A stretch of 64,000 nucleotides of DNA from an uncultured delta proteobacterium (lineage in GTDB: Bacteria; Desulfobacterota; Binatia; UBA9968): the NCBI GenBank assembly GCA_963804165.1, contig CAWDPO010000010.1, forward strand, positions 96,001-160,000, in the 5' to 3' direction. Numbering within the stretch: the first letter of the stretch is position 1; every line of letters begins with the position of its first letter. Below the pieces are notes generated by a model that worked only from the letters and a program-made list of their open reading frames with translations, was not told the origin of the DNA and did no database searches. Both the position numbers and the translations under genes were made by a program. This document shows positions 32,795 to 42,382 of the stretch, piece after piece.

Positions 32795-33158
32795 TCACTC
32801 ATCGCGATGCACGGTCGCCAGCGAGAACGCCGGCAAGCACACCGCGATATACTCGGCGCCGGCGTGTCCGGGTGTGCTGTAGCGTACCCACTCGCCCGCA
32901 TGGACGATGATGGCATGCCCCGAAGTGACTTTGTGAATCGCCTCCCGCGTCTCAACTTGCATCTCGCCTTTTAGTACGATCGTATATTCATCGAATTCGG
33001 GAGTCTGTCCCGGTTCACGCCCAACCTGACGGACTGGTCATCTTGGCGATGCTCACGGCTGGAGTTTGCGAATTTCTCCGTCCAATAAATTCTTCGATGA
33101 CCTTCGGTGGCTGTCCGGCCGCAGGAATAACAGTCGGTTTTGCGATCAATGTTGGCAT
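32795..33158 (-). CDS. Cupin domain protein (one frameshift; missed by the ORF track)
   Basis: MPTLIAKPTVIPAAGQPPKVIEEFIGR..SPSGW / (extra G near 33021) REPGQTPEFDEYTIVLKGE..AGEWVRYSTP..AEYIAVCLPAFS. Confidence 0.8.
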
Positions 33159-33191
33159 AGCTAAAGTATCTAAAGATAGAAACCCTGCTCG

Positions 33192-33584
33192 TTATTCCGC
33201 GCGGGTCGTCAGCTCGATCTTGTAGCCATTGGGATCTTCCAAGAAGGCGATGGCGTTGCTCCTGGTCCCATGTTTCATCGGGCCCGGCTCGCGCACAATC
33301 TTTACGCCTTTGGCGCGAAACTCTTCACAAGCTTTGTAAACGTCCGGCACGCCAAGTGCGATATGTCCGAAGCCGTTACCGATATCATAGGAGTGCGTAT
33401 CCCAGTTATAGGTCAGTTCGATGACCGCATCGGTTTCTTCCGAACCATACCCAACGAAGGCGTTGGTAAAGCGGCCCGACTCATATTCTCTCTTCTTGAG
33501 CAGTTTCATACCGAGACCTTCGCAATAAAACTTCAAACTTTCATCGAGATCATTCACCCGGATCATCGTATGGACGATTTTCAT
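33192..33584 (-). CDS. gloA: Lactoylglutathione lyase (glyoxalase I)
   Basis: HTMIRVNDL, ELTYNW, GNGFGHIA, EPGPMK, FLEDPNGYKIE. Confidence 0.93.
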   Translation of the reverse strand: MKIVHTMIRVNDLDESLKFYCEGLGMKLLKKREYESGRFTNAFVGYGSEETDAVIELTYNWDTHSYDIGNGFGHIALGVPDVYKACEEFRAKGVKIVREPGPMKHGTRSNAIAFLEDPNGYKIELTTRAE

Positions 33585-33648
33585 AATATTTCTCCCTCTT
33601 GAATGGAATGTTCAGCGTCGTTGATCACCGCGCCGGCAACGACAGATT

Positions 33649-34629
33649 CTAGTTCATCGCCTTGGCAAAGCCGCGGATCGTCTCTTCTCTGCTCCCTCCC
33701 GGCGGGCTGTAGGGGATAATTGCGATCTGTTGGATGCCGGTTTTCTTGATGCGCTCGATTTGCGCGCGGCATTGATCGACCGTTCCGGCGATGGCGAATT
33801 TGTCGACGAGCCAATCGGGGATCACTTCGGCGTGGTTCGCCTGCTGGTCCATGTGATGGTAGTAGTCGTAAGTCTTGCGAATCTCTTCGAGAACTTTCTG
33901 CTCATTCGGGTCGAGCACATACGGCAGCGGATGCGCGACAACGCGAGCGACGTGGGCTTTCACCGCGTCCTTCGCGGGCGCGGTGTCGGAAACCGCGCAG
34001 GGAACCCAGAGCACCAAATTAATATCTGCCGATTTGCGGCCGGCCGCTTCCGCTCCCTTAGCGATCTTTTCTTGGGCATGCGCGATATACTCGTCGGCGA
34101 CACCGACCAGAACGATGATGCCGTCGGCAATGCGGCCGGAAAGTTCGAGCATCCGCGGTCCACTGGCGGCGATATAAATCGGCACTTTGTTTTTGCACGG
34201 ATGAAGCAGGTGAATTCTTCCGCTCGGCAGTTGCGCCTCTTTGCCGGCAAAGAGCTCGCGCATTTGCTCCAATGATTTTTCGAAATTCGCCAGCGTCGAC
34301 GGTTTCAGGCCCATGGTTTCGACCGAGCTGTCACCCAAGCCGATGCCGACGATCATACGACCCGGCGAATATTCTTCCAAAGTCGCGTAAGCGCTGGCCA
34401 GCACGGAAGGATGGCGCGTCAGCGGATTCGTCACACCTGTGCCAAGCTTCACCTTCGTCGTGTTGAGCGCCATCGCCGCCATGTTGACGTAGGCTTCGCG
34501 CCAGATGAGATGCGAGTCGCCGACCCAGATATGCGTGAAGCCCAGCTCTTCGCTGACTTTGGCGAGATGAATCATTTTCTGCAGCGGTTCCGTCGGAAAT
34601 AGTCCAACGCCAAAATCAAAAGCGCTCAC
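33649..34629 (-). CDS. LLM class flavin/F420-dependent oxidoreductase (Mer-like)
   Basis: GFTHIWVGDSH, LGTGVTNPLTRHP, GIGLGD, AASGPRML. Confidence 0.88.
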   Translation of the reverse strand: MSAFDFGVGLFPTEPLQKMIHLAKVSEELGFTHIWVGDSHLIWREAYVNMAAMALNTTKVKLGTGVTNPLTRHPSVLASAYATLEEYSPGRMIVGIGLGDSSVETMGLKPSTLANFEKSLEQMRELFAGKEAQLPSGRIHLLHPCKNKVPIYIAASGPRMLELSGRIADGIIVLVGVADEYIAHAQEKIAKGAEAAGRKSADINLVLWVPCAVSDTAPAKDAVKAHVARVVAHPLPYVLDPNEQKVLEEIRKTYDYYHHMDQQANHAEVIPDWLVDKFAIAGTVDQCRAQIERIKKTGIQQIAIIPYSPPGGSREETIRGFAKAMN

Positions 34630-34641
34630 TCTGATTCTCCT

Positions 34642-35814
34642 TCAACAGCAAGATGGGCTGGCGACGCGTTCCGGCGGAGGGGTTTGCTGGCTCCGACCAG
34701 CCACCTGCACCACGCCGTCGATGATGACATAGGAAATGCCCGGCAGATCACCCTTGGCGAACGAGTCGAGCGCGTCCTGCGCCACCGACCCGGTGATCTT
34801 GTGCAACAACACGAGATCGGCGGGCCGTCCTTCTTCCAATATTCCCAGATTCAGATCATGGGCGCGCCCGACGTTGCCCGTCGCCATGCAAATGGTTTTT
34901 TCCGGCGCTATTTCGCCGACGGAAGAAATGAAAGCGATCTCACGCAAGATGCCGCGCGGCACGACACCCGTACCGCCCGGAGTGTCGGTGCCCAGGAGCA
35001 CCCGAGGGTACAAATTTTTCGCTTTGACGGCCCGGGCAAGAATTAACGCCAGGCGATAATTTCCCGAGGTGCAGATTTCCATGAAACATTCAGTCTCGTT
35101 GGCGATCCGAATCATGTCTTCTTCCGGCATCGGAATGGGCCCGCCGGTGATGTGGCCGATAATGTCGGGCTTGATTTTTTGTACCATCTCGAATCCCGCG
35201 ACTTGACTGACACCGGAACGTGAAACACCGCCGGAATGAATCTTTACTTTGATGCCGCGCGCGTGCGCCCAGCGCACGTAGCGCTCGGCTTCGCCGTTGG
35301 GGAGCAGGCTGTAATCGTAGAAGATAAATTTGACCAGCTTGATACCGAGGGAGTGAATCTCTTCAAAGTCTTTCTCGGTGAGACCGGGAACCAGCAGCAA
35401 TGTGCCGGCGTGCACTTTCACGCCCGATGGCCGCAGGTTGTCGTAGCAACGTTTTGTGACAATCGCCACCGACAGCGCCGTGCGCGCGTCGGGCGGCAAA
35501 GGAAGTCCGGGCAAATGCAGCTCGCCGGCGGAAATCAGTGACGTCACGCCGCCGTGCATATAATTCGTAATCCAGCCCAGTGAATTTTGCGCCGGCGTAT
35601 ATTCGCCGATGGATGGGTGCGAATGCGAATCGATCAAGCCGGGGATCGCGGTGATGCCATTGGCATCGATGGTTTGGTCGGCGGCTTGATTGAGATCATT
35701 GCCAATCGCTTCCACGACACCGTCTTTGATGAAAATGGAATTGGCCTGTCTGAGCGGGCTTTCCAGTTTACCGGTAACCAATGTGCCGATGTTTTTGATC
35801 AGGATGGAAGACAT
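34642..35814 (-). CDS. Amidohydrolase, enamidase-like
   Basis: PGLIDSHSH metal motif, HGGVTSLISAGE, KIHSGG, GHITGG, GTDTPGG; N-terminus resembles enamidase. Confidence 0.8.
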   Translation of the reverse strand: MSSILIKNIGTLVTGKLESPLRQANSIFIKDGVVEAIGNDLNQAADQTIDANGITAIPGLIDSHSHPSIGEYTPAQNSLGWITNYMHGGVTSLISAGELHLPGLPLPPDARTALSVAIVTKRCYDNLRPSGVKVHAGTLLLVPGLTEKDFEEIHSLGIKLVKFIFYDYSLLPNGEAERYVRWAHARGIKVKIHSGGVSRSGVSQVAGFEMVQKIKPDIIGHITGGPIPMPEEDMIRIANETECFMEICTSGNYRLALILARAVKAKNLYPRVLLGTDTPGGTGVVPRGILREIAFISSVGEIAPEKTICMATGNVGRAHDLNLGILEEGRPADLVLLHKITGSVAQDALDSFAKGDLPGISYVIIDGVVQVAGRSQQTPPPERVASPSCC

Positions 35815-35913
35815 GAGCGGACTATAGCAAAGCCTTGGCAGTAGAAAAAGCGAAGCAATTTATAGCAGCCTGAACTCGAATGCCCGCAAAAAAATGATAC
35901 CGTGACTCCTAAG

Positions 35914-36708
35914 ATGCGCCATTTGATTTGGAACGTGGACCCGGCGATTTCTCATTCTCGGTCCATTCGAAATTCGCTGGTACGGGTTCTTTTTCGCGCT
36001 CGGATTTTTCCTCGGCTTTCGGATCATGGCGCAGTTTTACTGCCGGAACAGCGAGATCTCGAAAATTTATCCGAGCTCTGTCTGTATCTGATGCTCGGTA
36101 CGATCATCGGCGCGAGGCTCGGTCATGTTTTGCTTTATCAACCAGACTATTTCCTACGGCACCCATGGGAAATTCTTATGATCTGGCAGGGCGGATTGGC
36201 GAGCCACGGCGGTTTCGCCGGCGTCCTGATCTCGCTCTATCTCCATCTCAAAAAACACCGCGACATGAGCTTCATCGAGCTTGCCGACCGCCTTGCGATA
36301 CCTTGCCTGTTGGCGGCGGCGCTGATCCGCGTCGGTAATTGTTTTAATTCGGAGATTCTCGGCGTCCCATCAAACCTGCCGTGGGCCATCGTTTTCGCCC
36401 ACGTTGACAGTATTCCCCGACATCCGGCGATGCTCTACGAAGCAACTGTGTACTTTGTCGTTTTTTGCGTGCTGTACGTCGCCTACTGGAAGACCGCGAT
36501 CATTCAATTTCCCGGCAGAGTCTTCGGCACGACGCTAGCGACCTGCTTTCTTGCCCGTTTCATGATCGAATTCGTCAAAGAAAATCAGGTGCCATTCGAG
36601 AACCGCATGCCTTTGAACATGGGCCAACTGATGAGCATTCCCTTTTTCCTGGCGGGTGGGTATCTCATCTACGCGTCACGAAGAATACCGAGAACAAATG
36701 GACCATGA
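35914..36708 (+). CDS. lgt: Prolipoprotein diacylglyceryl transferase (indels in 5' part)
   Basis: GARLGHV, WQGGLASHGG, IRVGNCFNSE, RHPAMLYE; the IRWYG motif lies in another frame. Confidence 0.88.
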   Translation: MRHLIWNVDPAISHSRSIRNSLVRVLFRARIFPRLSDHGAVLLPEQRDLENLSELCLYLMLGTIIGARLGHVLLYQPDYFLRHPWEILMIWQGGLASHGGFAGVLISLYLHLKKHRDMSFIELADRLAIPCLLAAALIRVGNCFNSEILGVPSNLPWAIVFAHVDSIPRHPAMLYEATVYFVVFCVLYVAYWKTAIIQFPGRVFGTTLATCFLARFMIEFVKENQVPFENRMPLNMGQLMSIPFFLAGGYLIYASRRIPRTNGP

Positions 36709-36734
36709 AATCCTCCGCCTGCCAAACAGGATCG

Positions 36735-39410
36735 TTATTTAGGCTGCGGCCCCAAGACGACCTGCGCCAGATCTTCGAGCCGTAACCATTTTGCAAACGC
36801 CGCTTGGACGTCTGCGGCTGTGAACGCCGCGTAGCGCTTGGCCGCACTGATGGGCTCGTCCAGCGGCAGATCGCGCGTCGAACGCTCGAGTAACCCGCCG
36901 GCGATGCCTTGGATGCTCGATTCACTGAGCGGTATGGCCCGCAGCAGCAAGACTTTCGCTTGAGTCAGTTCGGCGGCCGTAACTGGTTTGGTTTGCATGC
37001 TTCGCAAATTGCGCTCGATGAGCGACCTGGCTTTGCGTACGTTCGGCGGGTCGCAAGCATAGGAAACGGCAAATACGGAGCGGCTCTTGCCGGCCTGTAG
37101 CTGAGCATCTATGGAGTACACGAGACCACTTTTTTCCCGTAAATCCTGATAGAGCCGGCTGGCGTAAAAGCCGCCGGACAAAACTTGCAGGCCGACCTGG
37201 AGCGCGTAGTAGTCATCGTCTTGACGCTTGAGCTCGAAGCTCTGGCCCAAGGTTACCTCATCTTGAACCCGGCTCCGATCCGGGACGACGGTGACGCTTG
37301 CCTTATTGCGCGGCACTGGTGGCAAATCCGTTTCGGGTCTTGGACCCGTGGCTTGCCACGAAGCAAAATATTTTTCGATGACGGCGCGAGCATGCTCCGG
37401 TGTCACTTTGCCGATGACAACGATGGTGGTCAGATCGGGTCTGAACGCTTTCTCATGATAGCGACGCACGTCTTCGAGCGTCAGCGAGGCGATCGTATCC
37501 GGAGTCACCTCACGCAGCGTCGGATCCTTCTCGGGATAAACCGCTTTTAGAATGGCGCGTCCCGAGCGGTAAACCGGACTTTGCAGTTGGCCTGCCACGG
37601 CTTGAGCGGTGCGCTGCTGCACGGCTTTGAAGGCCGCTTCCGGCAGCGCGGGATGCAATAGGTTATCCGCAAGCAACTCCACGCCGCGCGCAAAACCGTC
37701 AGGAAGGGACTCGAGTGAAAAGCTGGTTCCGGCGTGCGCGTTGGCGCCGATCTCATCGAGAGCTTCTTGAAAAGCGATACGATCAAGGTTCGTCGAGCCG
37801 TAAGCGAACAGATCGTTGAGAATCCGATCGGCTCCTTCTTTACCGGCCGGCACCTGGAGCTCAGGACGATTTTTCACCCGGCCGTACACGCTGACGGTGT
37901 CGCTGATGGTTTCCGGTTGAATGATGAGACGCAATCCGTTGGACAGCTCGGTAACGCTCGGATTGACGGTGGACGTCGGCACGGCCAACGGTGAAAGAGC
38001 TTTTTTCGCCCAAGCCGGCAGTGGCACTGCTTTCGTCTGCTTCGGCGCAAAGGATTCGCTGCCGGAGCGCGAGCCTTCGGAGGCCACGGCCTCGCCCGAT
38101 TCGTGCGGCGTCATAATCACCGTAACCGCGCTGTCGTTGATGAGGTATTTTCTCGCCACCCGATTCACATCGGCGACGGTAACCTTTTTGATCGCTTCGA
38201 TGTCGTCGTCGATAGAAGTGCGTCCCTCGACGCTCAGCGCTTGCGACCATTCAGCGGCCAATCCGGCAATAGAGTTTCGGCGAAATTCCGCTTCCGCCAC
38301 TTCGCGGCGCTTGGTCGCTTCGACTAAATCGGCGCTCACGCCTTTGTCGACGTAGCCGGCGATGATGGCTTTCATTTGCCTAATTAGAGCAGCGCTATCT
38401 TGGCCGCGCGGGAACGCGGCGTTCGCGTAGCCGAAACCGGCCATAGGCAACGCCGTGCCGTCAAAACCGCCGGATAGGGCTTTGCCTTCGGCGGCAAGAG
38501 CGTAAAGTTCGCCGCGACGGCTATCGAGAGCATCGGCCAGGACCACACCGGCGGCATAATCGGGGTCGTTGAAGCCCGGCAATCGATAAGCCACGGCAGC
38601 CAATCCGTAGGGCAGATCCGAATCCACCTCGATGGTCGCAGGCTTTAACGGCCGCAGCGCGATTTTTGGCCGCGCCGGCACAGTGCGGGCCGGAATCGAT
38701 TCAAACAATTGCTTGACCGTTGTCAGCGCCGTGTTGGGATTGACGTCGCCGACGATCACCAGGATCGCATTGTTCGGCGCGTACCACTTGCGGTGAAAAT
38801 CCTTGAGCATTGCGCCCGTGGTTTTTTGAAACGACGGGCGGGTACCCAGCGCGTCGTGGGCGTAGGTCGTTCCGGCAAACATTTGCGCTAGCAAACGCGA
38901 GTAAAATAAATACTGCGGATTGGAATAATCCTGCGCCACCTCTTGCTCGATGGCGCCTCGCTCTTGGCGCCACAGCGCGTCGGTGGCGAGCACATCGCGC
39001 ATCCGCACTGCCTCGATGCGCAGCGCGGTTTCGAGGTCGCCGGTTGGCACGGTCAAAAAATATTGGGTGACGACTTGTTGGGTGTTTGCATTGAAATTGC
39101 CACCCATGGCTGCGATCAAGCTGGAAAGCTGCGCGGACGAAAGTCCGGGGCTGCCGCGAAACATCATATGCTCCAACGCGTGGGCCATGCCGGGAAACCC
39201 GGCAGGAGCTTCGTTGGAGCCGACCAGGTAGTTGATCTGCGTCGTCACCACGGGCGCGAGAGAGTTGCGCACGATCACCACGCGCAGGCCGTTTTTCAGC
39301 GTTGCGCGGGTGATGTTGGTTTCCGTTGCCGCGCTGGCGACGACCGCGACTCCGAGAACAACCAAACTCACCCAGGCCGTCATCGCTGTTAAGAATTTTT
39401 TCCGTCGCAT
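36735..39410 (-). CDS. M16 family (pitrilysin/PqqL-like) zinc protease, exported
   Basis: Signal peptide, LKNGLRV, inverted zinc motif HALEHMMF, duplicated halves (LSNGLRL). Confidence 0.9.
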   Translation of the reverse strand: MRRKKFLTAMTAWVSLVVLGVAVVASAATETNITRATLKNGLRVVIVRNSLAPVVTTQINYLVGSNEAPAGFPGMAHALEHMMFRGSPGLSSAQLSSLIAAMGGNFNANTQQVVTQYFLTVPTGDLETALRIEAVRMRDVLATDALWRQERGAIEQEVAQDYSNPQYLFYSRLLAQMFAGTTYAHDALGTRPSFQKTTGAMLKDFHRKWYAPNNAILVIVGDVNPNTALTTVKQLFESIPARTVPARPKIALRPLKPATIEVDSDLPYGLAAVAYRLPGFNDPDYAAGVVLADALDSRRGELYALAAEGKALSGGFDGTALPMAGFGYANAAFPRGQDSAALIRQMKAIIAGYVDKGVSADLVEATKRREVAEAEFRRNSIAGLAAEWSQALSVEGRTSIDDDIEAIKKVTVADVNRVARKYLINDSAVTVIMTPHESGEAVASEGSRSGSESFAPKQTKAVPLPAWAKKALSPLAVPTSTVNPSVTELSNGLRLIIQPETISDTVSVYGRVKNRPELQVPAGKEGADRILNDLFAYGSTNLDRIAFQEALDEIGANAHAGTSFSLESLPDGFARGVELLADNLLHPALPEAAFKAVQQRTAQAVAGQLQSPVYRSGRAILKAVYPEKDPTLREVTPDTIASLTLEDVRRYHEKAFRPDLTTIVVIGKVTPEHARAVIEKYFASWQATGPRPETDLPPVPRNKASVTVVPDRSRVQDEVTLGQSFELKRQDDDYYALQVGLQVLSGGFYASRLYQDLREKSGLVYSIDAQLQAGKSRSVFAVSYACDPPNVRKARSLIERNLRSMQTKPVTAAELTQAKVLLLRAIPLSESSIQGIAGGLLERSTRDLPLDEPISAAKRYAAFTAADVQAAFAKWLRLEDLAQVVLGPQPK

Positions 39411-39446
39411 ATGTGTCAAATTGCACTGCTTCGCAGGCGCCCAAAC

Positions 39447-40199
39447 CTACTCTTCCAGCATAGCTAATATCAGCATCAATCCAACACCCATGCCGATGGC
39501 GAGCAGTTGCACCAATGATTTGCCCAGGGTGGTCTCCTTGTTTAGCTCCGGCATCAAGTCGCATCCGGCGATATAAATGAATCCACCGGCTGCCAGCGGC
39601 AACACCATGCCGGAAAAATCCGCGACTCTAGACCCAACCAAGAGCGATGCGACCGTTCCCAAAATCGCGAATAAAGCCGATAGGAAATTGAAGAATAGCG
39701 CCTCCCTTTTCGTAAAGCCGGCGTAGAGTAATACAAAAAAATTGCCCAATTCATGCGGTATCTCGTGAAAAATCACAGCGACGGTCGTCGCTACGCCCAC
39801 CTGCAGATTGATCGCATAAGAGGCTCCGATAATGACCCCGTCGATGAAGTTGTGGGCGCCATCAGCGAGCAAATTCATATACCCCACCGGGTGGATGGAG
39901 TGATCGGATGTTAAAACGTGCTGGTGTCTCCACAGAAGAAACTTCTCCAGAACGAAGAAAGCAAATATACCGGCCAAAACCAAAAGGGAGGCTTGCAGCT
40001 TATTGCCTAATCTTTCGAAGGACTCCGGCAATAGGTGTATGAAAGCGTCTCCGAATAAACCGCCGACCGCCAGGCTGACCATGAAGAATATAAAGCGCTT
40101 CAGTTTTTCCTCGCCGACTGAAATAAAGGCGAGGCCGATAAGCGAGAGTAGGCTGACTAAAATGACACTGGTGAGACTATAGGACCAAATGACCGACGT
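39447..40199 (-). CDS. ZIP family metal transporter
   Basis: GDAFIHLLPE, HQH loop, ADGAHNFIDG, HEIPHELG, AAGGFIYIA; the frame extends upstream to an ACG codon after AAGGGG. Confidence 0.9.
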   Translation of the reverse strand, partial: TSVIWSYSLTSVILVSLLSLIGLAFISVGEEKLKRFIFFMVSLAVGGLFGDAFIHLLPESFERLGNKLQASLLVLAGIFAFFVLEKFLLWRHQHVLTSDHSIHPVGYMNLLADGAHNFIDGVIIGASYAINLQVGVATTVAVIFHEIPHELGNFFVLLYAGFTKREALFFNFLSALFAILGTVASLLVGSRVADFSGMVLPLAAGGFIYIAGCDLMPELNKETTLGKSLVQLLAIGMGVGLMLILAMLEE

Positions 40200-40211
40200 G
40201 GCGTCCCCTTT

Positions 40212-41654
40212 TCATCCGGCGAACAGATCGCGCAGAATTTCTTTGACGGCGTCCGCCGACGCCTCATCGAGACGCGCGGCGCCGACCAATGGTACAATTC
40301 TCTGAAACTGCTTTTCCCAGTTGATCGTACCATTGTCGATGCGCACCAATCTCATATCGACCCAAGTTCTTAGCGGTGCGCGGCCGTCAGTGTTCCAACG
40401 GCGGATGTCAGAAAGTAGCAACCAACCGGAAAGGTTCGCAGCGCGCGCATTGGTCGCCGCGCTGGCCGCTTCAAACGGAAAGGACTGGAGACGCGCATCG
40501 CGCTCTTCGGGAAAGGACACGGCAATCCTTCTTTGTTCTAACTCTCGTTTCATCGAGCCGCGCAGCAGATCCATCACCGTCGGCCGGTAATCCGGAGAGA
40601 TTTTACCAGCAATTTCGCCAAGGGAGCGAAGCGGATTGGTGCCGGGTAGACGCAAGTCGCTGCCGGTGCTATTGCGCACCGGTGCCAGCCATACCGTATT
40701 TTGACCCAACGCTTGCAAGTCCAGTGGCGCTGAATCTTTTTGCGCGCTGCAGCCAACGCCAAGAAGTAACAGCGCGGCCAATAAGCCGGCCGAACCCCGA
40801 CTTTTTCGAACGATCAGTTGGATCGCGTAGACAAGAAAAATCACTACGCAGCCAAACGCTACATCGGTCGGCCCCAGCGGCAAATCCAGGCGCACCGATG
40901 AATAGAAACCAAAGATGGCGATGAACAAACCAATGAGCGACGACAGCGACAGAAACGAGCTCATACCACGCGCGAGCGATCTTGCCGCCAACGGCGGCAG
41001 CACCATGAAACCAAACACCAATAACGGCCCCGCCATGATGACACCGATTGCGATGCTGAAGCCGCACAGCACGTACAACCAGAAACTCCACCGGACACCG
41101 CCACCGGTCACTAGGAACGACAGGTCGCGATCGAAGGAATTGAGCAAGAACTCGCGTCGAAAAAGCACCAAACCGAGATAGACGGCACCGTAAACCACAG
41201 CCAGTAGCTTCAGCTCTTCCCTGGAGAGCGAAATGACTTCACCCTTGAGCAAGTTTAGAATCTCCAACTCACCGGCCGGATTGAAAACGACAAATAGAAT
41301 CGTCAGTGCCGAGGCGAAAGCGTAGGCGGCCGCCAGCCGGCTTTCGGGCGAGCCGGTCGCGTGACGGTCGAGATACGCGAGCAGGCCCATACCGACGAGC
41401 GTAAACACCAGCGAGCCTACCATAGCCAAGAGTCTCTCGCCTCCCGTGCCGTGACTCACGCCCACGGCATGAGATAACCAAAAGGTGAAGGCCACGCCGC
41501 ACGCGGCGATCTGCGGCAGGGTCAAACCGAGAAAAATTCGCCGGCGCAACATCAGATGGGCGCCAACCAGCGGGCAAACAAACGCCAGAATCGCGCTGCC
41601 GAGTAACGCCGGGAAAAGCAAGAACGACGGACTGAGAACATCAAAGAAACTCAC
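40212..41654 (-). CDS. Metal ABC permease (ZnuB/MntB-like) fused to a C-terminal lipoprotein-like domain
   Basis: RRRIFLGLTLPQIAACG, SFDRD, GPLLVFGFMVLPPLAA, DLPLGP; then LLLGVG-C and a soluble domain of about 175 aa. Confidence 0.85.
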   Translation of the reverse strand: MSFFDVLSPSFLLFPALLGSAILAFVCPLVGAHLMLRRRIFLGLTLPQIAACGVAFTFWLSHAVGVSHGTGGERLLAMVGSLVFTLVGMGLLAYLDRHATGSPESRLAAAYAFASALTILFVVFNPAGELEILNLLKGEVISLSREELKLLAVVYGAVYLGLVLFRREFLLNSFDRDLSFLVTGGGVRWSFWLYVLCGFSIAIGVIMAGPLLVFGFMVLPPLAARSLARGMSSFLSLSSLIGLFIAIFGFYSSVRLDLPLGPTDVAFGCVVIFLVYAIQLIVRKSRGSAGLLAALLLLGVGCSAQKDSAPLDLQALGQNTVWLAPVRNSTGSDLRLPGTNPLRSLGEIAGKISPDYRPTVMDLLRGSMKRELEQRRIAVSFPEERDARLQSFPFEAASAATNARAANLSGWLLLSDIRRWNTDGRAPLRTWVDMRLVRIDNGTINWEKQFQRIVPLVGAARLDEASADAVKEILRDLFAG

Positions 41655-42364
41655 CACGGATGATCCGCAACCACTCCTTCCTCCCAACCGACTCGGCCGC
41701 CGTCGACTCGCAGAACCTTCTTGGCAACGCTACGCACCATGCGTAGATCGTGACTGGAAAAGAAGACGGCCTTTGCCTCTTGCTGGCTAAGCTTGACCAA
41801 AAGATCGCTAATCGCTTTTTGCGATTCCGGATCACAGCCGGCCAACGGCTCATCCAGGATGAGAATCTTCGGACCCACCATAAGTGCCCGCGCAACAAGA
41901 ATGCGCTGCCGTTGACCACCCGACAGCGAAAAGAACAACCGTCTAGCAAGATGACTGAGTCCGACTTGCTGCAGCACGCTTTCCAGGCGATTTCTCTCCC
42001 CGGACGGCAAGCCTTGATAAGGCTTGAGCCGGCCATAGCCACCCATCTCGACCACTTCGCGCGCCGTGATCGGAAAGGTCGAGTCCAGCACCGTACTCTG
42101 GGGTACGTACCCGAATTCGCTTAACGCGCAGTTGCGGGTCAGCGTGCCGCTCAGTACGGGCAAGAAGCCGAGAATCGTGCGGAACAAAGTCGTCTTGCCT
42201 GACCCGTTCGGCCCGGCTATCGCGATTAGATCACCGGAATGCAATTCGAGGTCGACATTTTCAAGTACCGTGGCATCCTCGTATCCGAGATTGGCTTGAT
42301 GCAGACTGACCAACGCGGGTGTGCTACCCATTCGAATACCCGCATGGGTCATGCATGCCTTCAA
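41651..42364 (-). CDS. Metal ABC transporter ATPase (ZnuC-like)
   Basis: GPNGSGKT, GYVPQ, LSGGQRQR, LILDE, SSHD. Confidence 0.92.
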   Translation of the reverse strand: MKACMTHAGIRMGSTPALVSLHQANLGYEDATVLENVDLELHSGDLIAIAGPNGSGKTTLFRTILGFLPVLSGTLTRNCALSEFGYVPQSTVLDSTFPITAREVVEMGGYGRLKPYQGLPSGERNRLESVLQQVGLSHLARRLFFSLSGGQRQRILVARALMVGPKILILDEPLAGCDPESQKAISDLLVKLSQQEAKAVFFSSHDLRMVRSVAKKVLRVDGGRVGWEEGVVADHPW

Positions 42365-42382
42365 TCATTATGGGAACGATGT

